DNA of 59,981 nucleotides from Ascoidea asiatica JCM 7603 (taxonomy: Eukaryota; Fungi; Ascomycota): positions 2,006,034-2,066,014 of the forward strand of contig BCKQ01000003.1 of NCBI GenBank assembly GCA_001600695.1, in the 5' to 3' direction. The position numbers were made by a program, and so were the translations under genes. The notes below the pieces were generated by a model. It searched no databases. It was not told the origin of the DNA and worked only from the letters and a program-made list of their open reading frames with translations. Below, in pieces: positions 50,921 through 59,981 of the stretch. The first letter of the stretch is position 1; the number at the start of each line of letters is the position of its first letter.

Positions 50921-53900
50921 TTAACGTTTGATTGAAATTCTACCTTCAAGCTGATCTGCAATATCTCTAATATAACTCCAGTAAACTGTTTTGGGCATTC
51001 TTCTTTTAATATCACTTTCAAAATCATGCAAATGTCTAATATTACTAAATTTAACTTTATTTTTTTTAATACCTAAAACAACTGCAGTATTAACAACATC
51101 TCTAACATTTTCGTCTTCTAATAAATTGAAAGTTTCAAGATTTTTATATGGTAATAATATATCTTTTTTATTTTCAATAAATTGAACTGCTCTTATAGCT
51201 AATCTTGCTGCTCTTGTTCTATCAATTGGTGATGGAACTCCACCTTGTTGAACATGTCCTGGAATTGCAGTTTTTGCTAAAAATCTACCATCGGATTCGG
51301 AATTTATAATATTTGCTAAAACTTCCGTTGTTAAAACTTTTGAAGCATTTGCTGATTTTAAAATTAATTTTCCACTTTTAGATTTACCTTCAGCATTATT
51401 GAAAATTGATTTTAATGAATTTATATCCATTTCTAATTGGTCCAAAGAAATTCCTTCTTCTGGTACATAAGAAATTTGTGCTCCTGCTGCTAATCCTGCA
51501 TATGTTGCAATATATCCTGAATTACCACCTTGAACTTCAATAACAAATACTCTATCTCTTGTAGCTGATGCACTTTGTTTGATTGTATCGCAATAATCAA
51601 CTAATGAATTAAGACATGTATCACTACCTAATGAATGTTCTGTACCTGGAACATTATTTGAAATTGTTGCAGGTATTAAAACCATTGGAATTCTGAATGC
51701 TGGATAATTAATTCTATTATTTTCTAATTGATATAATGATGTAAAAGACTCAAAACCTCCAACTAAAATTAATCCATCAATTTTATATTTTGTAAAATAA
51801 TATGCAATTAATCCAATATCATTATCTTCTGGTAATCCTCTATTTGTACCTAATTCGGATCCACCTAATCCATTCCAATGAAGAATATCTAACCATTTTA
51901 ATGGTTTTATAGCCTCATGTCTTGTCAATCCTGAAAATCCATTATAAATACCATAAGGATTGTGACCTCTTGACATACAATATGTTGCCATGGCATATGT
52001 TGCACTATTCATTCCACCAGCTGGTGCTCCAACATTAATGATTGCAATATTTAAATGTTTGTCTTTTGATAACGTAGGCTCAACATTATCTGCAGAATTC
52101 ATTGCAACAAAATTATTCAAATTTTCAACAAATTCAGAATCTCTCAATTCAATTGCTTTTTTGAAATCTTTATTATCAATTGCTTCTGCAACTGATTGAG
52201 TTAGTTTGACGGCATCAACTAATGGTCTTCTAATAATTTTATTTTCTTCAATTGCAATCATTGGTGATGGAGTATCTGGTTTACTTTCAAGAACAGCAGA
52301 AACTGCTTCATAACCTTGTAAAGTAGCTAAAATTCTATCATAAGCAACTGCAGTACCACCTCTTTGAACATGACCTAAGGTTGTAACTCTTGTATCAAGA
52401 TTTAATTTATTAACTAAAACATCTTTAACTTCATTTGAAGAAATTGGTTTTAGATTTGAAGTTATTGCACCTTCTGCAACTAAAACAATTGTCGTTCTTT
52501 TACCTCTTGCTCTATGTTTTGAAACAATATCACACATTTGATCTTGCCAATCTTTTGAACTTGAAGGTTTTTCTGGAATTAAAATATAATCTGCAGAAGT
52601 TGCAATACCTGCCATTAAAGCTAACCAACCACAATGTCTACCCATAACTTCTACTACAAAAGCTCTTGAATGAGAATTTGCAGTTGCATCAATATAATCA
52701 ATTGCTTGACAAATTCTGGCTAAAGATGAATAAGCTCCGATAGTTGCATCAGTACTTGACATGTCATTATCAATTGAACCAACAGTACCACAAATATTTA
52801 AAAACTTATAATCATTAAATTGATTAATTGTAATTTTATTTTGACTTAATAATTCTTTAATTAATTCAGGCCATTCACTTCTAAATACATCAGCACCTGT
52901 TAAAGAACCATCACCTCCACAAACAATTAAAGCATTAATACCATTATCAATTAAATTTTTTGCAGCCTGTAATCTACCAATTTTAGTCCTAAATTCTTTA
53001 CATCTTGCAGTACCAATATTGGTACCACCTTCACTTAACCAACCTCTAACATCATTCCAATTTAATTGTTTGATATAATTTGGGCCACCTTTAACTAAAC
53101 CTTCATAACCTTCATAAATTGCAAAAGGTTTACAGCCTTTATAAATTGAAGCTCTAACAATAGCTCTAACGTTTGCATTCATACCAGGAGCATCACCACC
53201 AGAAGTCATTATACCAATATTTTTTGGTTTGATCTTTAAATTTGAAAAACTTTTAAAAACATTTTCAGTTGAAGTTTGAAAAGAATTTAAAGTTGGAGAA
53301 TTGATTTGATTTTGATTTTTAAGAAAAATTGGATCATTTGACATTAATTGAGAATTATTTAATTTTGGTAAAGTTGTTGAAAATGGATTATTTAAAGTTG
53401 TTAAACCGATTAAATTTGACAATGGATCTAAAATATATAATTCATATGGATTTAAATCATCAGGTTTTGATTGATAAAGAATTTTAAATTTTGAATTTGA
53501 ATTTGAATTGGAATTTGAATTGGAATTGGAATTTTGATTAGAATCATAATTTGAATTTGAAATTTTAATTAATTTGAAGATTTGAATAAGATTATCAACT
53601 TTGAAAACAATTGAAGAATTTAAAGACCTCCAGTCTAGTTGATTAATTGAGTCTTTAAAAGTATTTAAATTTGAATTAATTATTTCATTTGTTAATAAAT
53701 TATTATTCTTATCAATATTATTATTATTATCAATTTTATCAGTTTTCTGTTCAGTTTTCTGTTGTTGTTTATAATTGATATTTAAAGAAATTGGAACAGA
53801 TTGAGAGGTTTTATTAAAATTATATAACCAAATTGAATTATTTGTTGAATATTTGATTTGAAAAGCTAAAATTTCGGTATAAAATTTGATTGAATTTTTA

Positions 53901-54058
53901 TAAGCTTTTAAATCATTTGTTGTATATGAGAAATATGGAGTTTGATTAACTAATATTGAAGAAGAAATTGAATCAACTTGTTTTGGAATAACTGATGAAT
54001 TTGGAATATCATCGATTTTCAATGGTAATTGATCAATTTTTTTTATAATTTCAGACAT
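50921..54058 (-). CDS. PFK2: 6-phosphofructokinase beta subunit
   Basis: MTSGGDAPGMNANVRAIVR, GGPNYIK..W.DVRGWLSEGGTNIGTARC, GSIDND, EVMGRHCGWLALMAGIATSADYI, EVQGGNSGY, GHVQQGG; beta-type signature residues. Confidence 0.93.
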   Translation of the reverse strand: MSEIIKKIDQLPLKIDDIPNSSVIPKQVDSISSSILVNQTPYFSYTTNDLKAYKNSIKFYTEILAFQIKYSTNNSIWLYNFNKTSQSVPISLNINYKQQQKTEQKTDKIDNNNNIDKNNNLLTNEIINSNLNTFKDSINQLDWRSLNSSIVFKVDNLIQIFKLIKISNSNYDSNQNSNSNSNSNSNSNSKFKILYQSKPDDLNPYELYILDPLSNLIGLTTLNNPFSTTLPKLNNSQLMSNDPIFLKNQNQINSPTLNSFQTSTENVFKSFSNLKIKPKNIGIMTSGGDAPGMNANVRAIVRASIYKGCKPFAIYEGYEGLVKGGPNYIKQLNWNDVRGWLSEGGTNIGTARCKEFRTKIGRLQAAKNLIDNGINALIVCGGDGSLTGADVFRSEWPELIKELLSQNKITINQFNDYKFLNICGTVGSIDNDMSSTDATIGAYSSLARICQAIDYIDATANSHSRAFVVEVMGRHCGWLALMAGIATSADYILIPEKPSSSKDWQDQMCDIVSKHRARGKRTTIVLVAEGAITSNLKPISSNEVKDVLVNKLNLDTRVTTLGHVQRGGTAVAYDRILATLQGYEAVSAVLESKPDTPSPMIAIEENKIIRRPLVDAVKLTQSVAEAIDNKDFKKAIELRDSEFVENLNNFVAMNSADNVEPTLSKDKHLNIAIINVGAPAGGMNSATYAMATYCMSRGHNPYGIYNGFSGLTRHEAIKPLKWLDILHWNGLGGSELGTNRGLPEDNDIGLIAYYFTKYKIDGLILVGGFESFTSLYQLENNRINYPAFRIPMVLIPATISNNVPGTEHSLGSDTCLNSLVDYCDTIKQSASATRDRVFVIEVQGGNSGYIATYAGLAAGAQISYVPEEGISLDQLEMDINSLKSIFNNAEGKSKSGKLILKSANASKVLTTEVLANIINSESDGRFLAKTAIPGHVQQGGVPSPIDRTRAARLAIRAVQFIENKKDILLPYKNLETFNLLEDENVRDVVNTAVVLGIKKNKVKFSNIRHLHDFESDIKRRMPKTVYWSYIRDIADQLEGRISIKR

Positions 54059-54754
54059 GTTTAATACTTAATATTTGAATTAAAACTAACTAAAATTAAG
54101 AAATTAAGAAATTTTAAATAACTTGTAGTTTTAAAATAAATTGAATCCAACTGAAAGTAGTTGAATGAAATTGAAAATGAATTGATTGAAATAAAAGAAA
54201 CAGAAGAAACAAAACAATAATTATTGAACAAAATCAGAAATATATAAAAGGGTATAATTCTTATATCTAGTAAAAGTATGTGAATAAGAAGACACTGACT
54301 GATGATGGTCTGTCAACTGTCAACTGATACCCTTCTTTTGATCAGTCTGCTTCGGACAAGCAATGCAGATGCCGTCAGCAAGCGCCAGAGCCGGGCACGT
54401 GCAGAAAACACAGCCACACCGTCACAAGATACCATTTAGCCAGCCACAAAAAAGGCTGGGAGGGAATCCAAGTTTTGGGAGTCGAAACCAAATACACGGG
54501 TGGCATGTTTTATATATTTTCTTACTACTCCTTCGGGACTTTCTATTTTATTTTATTCTATTTTATTTAATTTTACTTCAATTGATTCTATTTCAATCTG
54601 TAAAATAGACTAGCTTATAGAAAGAAAAGTTATTTTTTTTCAATAACTGTTGGATTCCTATAAAAGTATTGGTTTGTCTCCTTATGTTTTTTAGTTTAAT
54701 TTTTATATTGGAAAAGAAGAAAACCAAAGGTATTATATTATAAAGTAAAATTAG

Positions 54755-56365
54755 ATGAAAATGTCTAAAGATATAGAAAATAAAATTTACTCATTAGATC
54801 AACCAATTGATTTAACTTATAGTTCCACTAGATCAATTAAATCAATGGATTCAACAGGTTTAAATGTTAGAAATGAAATAAATAATAAAACCAATATAAA
54901 TAATTTAGAAGTTAAAAATACTTCGTTATTATCAAAGATTTCTTCTTATTTAAAGGCTGAAATTAGAGGTGTTGAAAGGGTTCCAGAATCAGAAAAAACA
55001 GAAAATTCATTATGGTCTGCAGCTTCAATGTGGTTATCAGCAGATTTAGTTATTGCAACTTTTGCGTTAGGAGCTTTAGGTATTACTGCTTTTAATATCA
55101 ATTTTTATCATTGTATTATAATTATATGTTTTTTTAATCTTTTAGGTACTACAGCTGTTGCCTTTTTTTCAATTTTTGGTGCTAAATTTGGTTTAAGACA
55201 AATGATTTTATCAATTTTTTTTTTAGGTAATTATGGTATGAAAATATTTGCTCTAATTAATTCAATTGCTGCAATTGGTTGGAGTGCTGTGAATATAATT
55301 TCTTCTGCCCAACTATTACATATTGTAAATAATAATTTCTTACCACCATGGGCTGGTTGTTTGATTTTAGTGATTTCAACTACAATTGTATCCTTTTTTG
55401 GGTATAAAATCATTCATATTTATGAAATGTTTTCATGGATTCCAAATTTAATTGTATTTATAATAATTATTATTAGATTAAAAATTTCTGGAAATTTTAC
55501 AACTGATTTTAATTTTAATTCCAATTCAACTTTAACTTCAACTTCAACCTCAATTGGAAATATTTTATCTTTTGGTGGTATTGTTTTTGGTTTTTCTAGT
55601 GGTTGGACAACTTTTGCTTCCGATTATACTACATATCAAAGATCTGATACAAATCCATATAAAATTTTCTTTGCTGTACTTGCAGGATTATCATTACCAT
55701 TACTTTTTACAATGATCTTAGGTGCTGCTTGTGCCACTGGAACTTTAAAAGATCCAATATGGGAAGATTATTATAATAAATATTCTATTGGTGGTTTAGT
55801 TTATGTAATTTTAGTTCCAAATTCATTATATATATTTGGTGAAATTTGTTGTGTTTTATTAAGTTTATCAACAATTTCAAATAATTTACCAAATATGTAT
55901 TCAATTGCAATGAGTGCTCAATCTTTTTCTTCAATTTTTAGAAAAGTTCCAAGAATTTTTTGGACTTTATTCGGTAATTTTATTTCTTTAGCAATTTGTA
56001 TTCCAGCTTATTATTCTTTTACGCAAGTTATTCATAATTTTATGAATTTGATTGGTTATTATCTTTCAATCTACATTTCAATGAGTTTATCCGAACATTT
56101 CATCTGGAGAAAAGGTTTCAAAGGCTATAAACCAGAAGATTATTTAAATAAAGAAAAAGTGCCAATTGGAATTGCAGGTTCTATTGGATTTTGTGTTGGT
56201 ATTGTTGGAGTAGTCTTAGGAATGAATCAAACTTGGTATACTGGTGTACTCAGTAAAAAAATTGGAGAAAATGGTGGTGACATTGGCTTTGAACTGGCAT
56301 TTGCATTTTCATTTATCACTTTTAATTTAATCCGTCCACTGGAAATAAAATATTTTGGCAGATAA
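54755..56365 (+). CDS. FCY2: Purine-cytosine permease (NCS1 family, FCY2/FCY21-like)
   Basis: AEIRGVERVPE, FGLRQMILS, GWTTFASDYT, multiple TM helices, C-terminal GGDIGFEL..RPLEIKYFGR. Confidence 0.88.
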   Translation: MKMSKDIENKIYSLDQPIDLTYSSTRSIKSMDSTGLNVRNEINNKTNINNLEVKNTSLLSKISSYLKAEIRGVERVPESEKTENSLWSAASMWLSADLVIATFALGALGITAFNINFYHCIIIICFFNLLGTTAVAFFSIFGAKFGLRQMILSIFFLGNYGMKIFALINSIAAIGWSAVNIISSAQLLHIVNNNFLPPWAGCLILVISTTIVSFFGYKIIHIYEMFSWIPNLIVFIIIIIRLKISGNFTTDFNFNSNSTLTSTSTSIGNILSFGGIVFGFSSGWTTFASDYTTYQRSDTNPYKIFFAVLAGLSLPLLFTMILGAACATGTLKDPIWEDYYNKYSIGGLVYVILVPNSLYIFGEICCVLLSLSTISNNLPNMYSIAMSAQSFSSIFRKVPRIFWTLFGNFISLAICIPAYYSFTQVIHNFMNLIGYYLSIYISMSLSEHFIWRKGFKGYKPEDYLNKEKVPIGIAGSIGFCVGIVGVVLGMNQTWYTGVLSKKIGENGGDIGFELAFAFSFITFNLIRPLEIKYFGR

Positions 56366-56403
56366 TAATATGATAATAATATGATAATAATATGATAATA
56401 ATA
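56361..56403. repeat. 11-bp tandem repeat (GATAATAATAT) x ~4 starting at the FCY2 stop codon
   Basis: Read directly. Confidence 0.85.
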
Positions 56404-56895
56404 GCGTATGTAGTCTGACCCCATATAAACGTAAGTGAACGTACGCATTGTACTCTTATGTATGGTGCAGTATAGTTTTTGTTTCGGGGCTTTGGGCTTT
56501 TCTGGGAACGCCACCCAGTGCCAGTATGTGTGAACACGCGGAATACAAACACCACACATTGACTTCCGAGGGTGCTGATAGTGAAAGTGATCGAGATATT
56601 CTTATTAATGTTATTTGATAACACTCCAGAGATTAATGATCAACAACCACTATGATTATTTGATATCATTAAATAACATATTTCTATTAAATATCAAAAC
56701 TATTTAATTCTGTCTCTGCTCTGAGATGTCAATGAGAAATAATCTCTATTTCTAGACTTATTATAAAAGTTTTTTTTAGAGCTCAAAAATATATTATATA
56801 GTAATAAAAAAAAACACTATTCTAAGATATATTTAAATATTAGCAAAGGCCATCAACAAATATTTCATACTTTTTAGATTCTCAAATAACAAAAT

Positions 56896-58788
56896 ATGTT
56901 AACTAATTTTATCAAAGAAAAGAAAAGTAATGATCATAATAGAAATAAAAATAGATATAATTTGAATAATTTAAATGATTTCAATGGAAAGATTCAATCT
57001 GACAATTCAAATTCCATAAAATCAGAATATCCTTTACCTTATGATCAAAATTCTAAGGTTCACTCAAATGAAAATTTCAATAATGATTCTAATATAAAAA
57101 CTAGAATCAATTTGAAGAGAAAAACATTTATCATTTCTCTAATCCTATTTTTTATATTCACGTTATCATTTTCAATATTCATACCAAATCACTATAAAAC
57201 AATATCTGAATCAATATTAAAATCGATAAATCATTATTCCAATGGTTCATTATCTTCCTTGTTACCTCCGTTACCTTTCTTGGATAGTTTGCATAATATT
57301 GATAAAGAAAAAACTAGTTTAGACAAAAAAAAAGAATATTTAATAATACCAATTAAAAAAAAAGATCCAATTAATTTCAATTATTTAAAAATTAAGCATA
57401 TATTTCATCATAATATAGAAAAAGATAATTTCAATTTTCATGCTAGATTAGATTTAACTGATGCTTTCATTAAAAAAAATAACTTAAATCTTTTACATAA
57501 AAATAAAAATAATAACAATAATAATGACCTTTTTCAATGGCCAAGTTTATATCGAGATTTTTCTCCTTGGACTATAACTTTACCAATAAAAAATTTCAAT
57601 AATTATAAGATAAAAAAATTAATTTCAAAAGATTTTATAAATAATGAAAAAAATGTTCTTAATAATTCAAATAATTTCAAATATCTATCTTACAATCCTA
57701 TTCAATATTTAGATTTAATTCATAATCAAAATTTATCGGATATTAATGCTCAAAATCAATTAAATTTAAATTGGGATGATATTCATGTTAATGTTCCAAA
57801 TGTAACAGATACCACTACAATATTAACTTTAGCTCTAATGTCTGCAGATGCTTATGTTGAATTTCCTCATGAAACGTCTGATTGGTATAATATTTCTGAA
57901 CCTGGATGGCATGATGATAATAAAACTCATAATCATGAAGGTTTTGGATGGATGAGTGATGGTTTAAGAGGTCAAGTGTTTGTTGATGATAATAACTCGA
58001 CAGTGGTAATTGCCCTAAAAGGTACAAGCTTTCAGGTTTATTCTTTCAATGATCACGAAAATACAGAAACTCAGAACAATTTAAATAATGATAATGCTCA
58101 GATCAATTCTATTGATTCAATATTTGGTTCACCAGATACCATTCCAAATGATAAGATAAATGATAATTTACTATTCAGTTGTTGTTGTGCAAGAGTAAGT
58201 TATTTATGGTCAACAGTGTGTAGTTGCTATAAAAGTTCTTACAATTGTGACCAATCTTGTTTAGAAAAAGAATTATATCGTGAAGATAGATATTACAGAG
58301 CAGCTTTAGAAATTTTTTCAAATGTCACTAAATTATATCCAAATGCAGATACAATATGGGTAACTGGGCATTCATTAGGTGGATCATTAGCTTCTTTATT
58401 AGGTAGAACGTATGGACTACCAGTTGTTGCCTTTGAAGCCCCTGGTGAATTATTACCTACAAGACGCTTACATTTACCAATGCCACCAGGTTTAGCAGAA
58501 AAATATGAACATATTTGGCACGTTGGTCATACTGCAGATCCAATATATATGGGTGTTTGTAATGGGGCAAGTAGTTCATGCTCTATTGCTGGTTACGCAA
58601 TGGAAACTCAATGTCATACAGGAAATCAATGTATTTATGATGTTGTTACAGATAAAAACTGGAATGTGAATATTTTAAATCATAGAATTAAAGTTGTAAT
58701 TGATCAAATTTTAAGTGCTTATGATGCTGTGCCCCAATGTATGGCAGGACCACCATGTAGAGATTGTTATAATTGGAAATTTACTTAA
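56896..58788 (+). CDS. ATG15: Autophagy lipase Atg15
   Basis: N-terminal TM anchor, LKIKHIFHH, GFGW..DGLRG, NDNLLFSCCCAR, lipase motif VTGHSLGG, GHTADPIYMGVCNG, ETQCHTG. Confidence 0.95.
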   Translation: MLTNFIKEKKSNDHNRNKNRYNLNNLNDFNGKIQSDNSNSIKSEYPLPYDQNSKVHSNENFNNDSNIKTRINLKRKTFIISLILFFIFTLSFSIFIPNHYKTISESILKSINHYSNGSLSSLLPPLPFLDSLHNIDKEKTSLDKKKEYLIIPIKKKDPINFNYLKIKHIFHHNIEKDNFNFHARLDLTDAFIKKNNLNLLHKNKNNNNNNDLFQWPSLYRDFSPWTITLPIKNFNNYKIKKLISKDFINNEKNVLNNSNNFKYLSYNPIQYLDLIHNQNLSDINAQNQLNLNWDDIHVNVPNVTDTTTILTLALMSADAYVEFPHETSDWYNISEPGWHDDNKTHNHEGFGWMSDGLRGQVFVDDNNSTVVIALKGTSFQVYSFNDHENTETQNNLNNDNAQINSIDSIFGSPDTIPNDKINDNLLFSCCCARVSYLWSTVCSCYKSSYNCDQSCLEKELYREDRYYRAALEIFSNVTKLYPNADTIWVTGHSLGGSLASLLGRTYGLPVVAFEAPGELLPTRRLHLPMPPGLAEKYEHIWHVGHTADPIYMGVCNGASSSCSIAGYAMETQCHTGNQCIYDVVTDKNWNVNILNHRIKVVIDQILSAYDAVPQCMAGPPCRDCYNWKFT

Positions 58789-59915
58789 TTTTAATTATTC
58801 TTTAACTCTCTTGAATGAAAAGATTAGCTGTTAAAATAGTTTTGTAATAAATTTGTATTCTAGCTTTTTCCTTTGTTAAAAGCTCTTAATCCGTATTTCA
58901 GAAAAAGTTTGAAAATAATTAAACCAATAAATATATATAATAATGTAAGATTAATTTTTAATTGTATTTTGTAAGATTAAATGATTGAATTTTTATTAGC
59001 TTATTCCTGGACCTTCATTTGAATTACTTCAAAGAAATCTCAGACTAATTAGTTACCAATTATAATTTATCAAAGCCTCAAGAATATATCAATAGAATTA
59101 CTGTAAGTTATTATATTAGATTATTTCGTGAAGGGATAATACCAATTTTAATTTTGGAATTAATATTATGAGCATTCATTCATTCAGGATTTGGATACTA
59201 AAATGTTGATAATGTTAATTAAATTCTAAAGTGTACAATTAATTTAATTTTATTGTCAAAATTACCAAATGAAAAAACCCTTGAAAAAAATATATATACA
59301 GTGCCTTCCAACAAATTTGAAGAGCAGTAAATTTTGCAGCAAGAAATATACATAGTTAAGGAACTCACTATTAATGGTCTACACACATTTACCTCTTTTG
59401 TAAAAAAGTAAACAAGAAAAACCAAAAAAAACCAATAAAGCCACGCATTAGCCATGGGCGCCGCAGGGTAAATTTTTTTAAATGTGGCACCCTCCAAATG
59501 GCCAGAAAACAAAGGTTTTTAAACACTTTTGTTAACTGGATTTTTAGTAGATCGCTGATAAAAAAGATAAAACTAATGGAGGCTAGGACAGATTTTACTA
59601 AGGTCACTCAGACCGTTTTTTCTAAATCTAAATCAAAAACTGTTGATTATTACACTCCTCTAAATTAGACATTCTAAAATTAGTATTCGACTAAAAATTA
59701 TACGATTTACTATATTATGGGATTGAAGTTTAATATTAACATAGACAAAAATATCTATTCATTATAATAAACCATAAAGTTATTAATATATATTTTATAG
59801 ATAAGGTTTTTCAACTTCGGTTGTTATTTTTTGTATATTTTCCTTTAGCAATATATGTTCTTTTTCATCTTTTTATCCTAAATTTACAACATAGCTAAAA
59901 GCAATAAATAAAAAG

Positions 59916-59981
59916 GTTGATGTTGGATGACAGTTGATGTTGGATGACAGTTGATGTTGGATGACAGTTGATGTTGGATGA
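59916..59981 (+). repeat. 17-bp perfect tandem repeat GTTGATGTTGGATGACA (3 full copies plus 15 nt, truncated by window end)
   Basis: Copies at 59916, 59933, 59950, 59967. Confidence 0.95.

Noticed and set aside
59204-59891. Possible solo LTR bounded by TGTTG and CAACA
   Set aside because: No matching 5-bp target-site duplication for either candidate start (59204 or 59641) and no second copy in the window.
59916-59981. CRISPR-like array
   Set aside because: Units are contiguous with no spacers and the context is eukaryotic.
1-59981. tRNA, rRNA, snRNA, SRP or RNase P/MRP genes
   Set aside because: No hallmark motifs spotted by eye; a covariance-model scan is needed to exclude divergent copies.

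Overview
Eukaryotic nuclear DNA from an extremely AT-rich budding yeast (Saccharomycotina). The Asn-rich low-complexity proteins and near-total A/T third-position usage resemble Ascoidea, but this is an inference only. About 23 protein-coding genes are supported: TUM1, CLP1, two large unassigned coiled-coil proteins, a RAI1/DXO-family nuclease, two paralogous NmrA/CIP1-like oxidoreductases, PRP5, an ERp38-type PDI, YAT2, MET2, PTC1, ARO9, a MUM3-like acyltransferase, a small putative mitochondrial membrane protein, an intron-containing RPL36 missed by the ORF track, SLD3, an F-box protein, CENP-T/CNN1, MET6, PCM1, PFK2, an FCY2-family permease and ATG15. No tRNA, rRNA, transposon or CRISPR array was recognised. 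The most unusual signals are non-coding: (1) GC/CpG-rich islands upstream of most genes, the reverse of the usual yeast pattern, with GC spreading into adjacent gene ends; (2) a shared CCG(T)ATATCCGGG + TCACGTG module upstream of both MET2 and MET6; (3) a tandem double hairpin in the YAT2/MET2 promoter; (4) a 17-bp TG-rich tandem repeat running off the window end. PRP5 carries DESD and DPFE motif variants, and the one visible intron has a non-consensus branch point. Gene calls rest on recalled family motifs; no database search was run.
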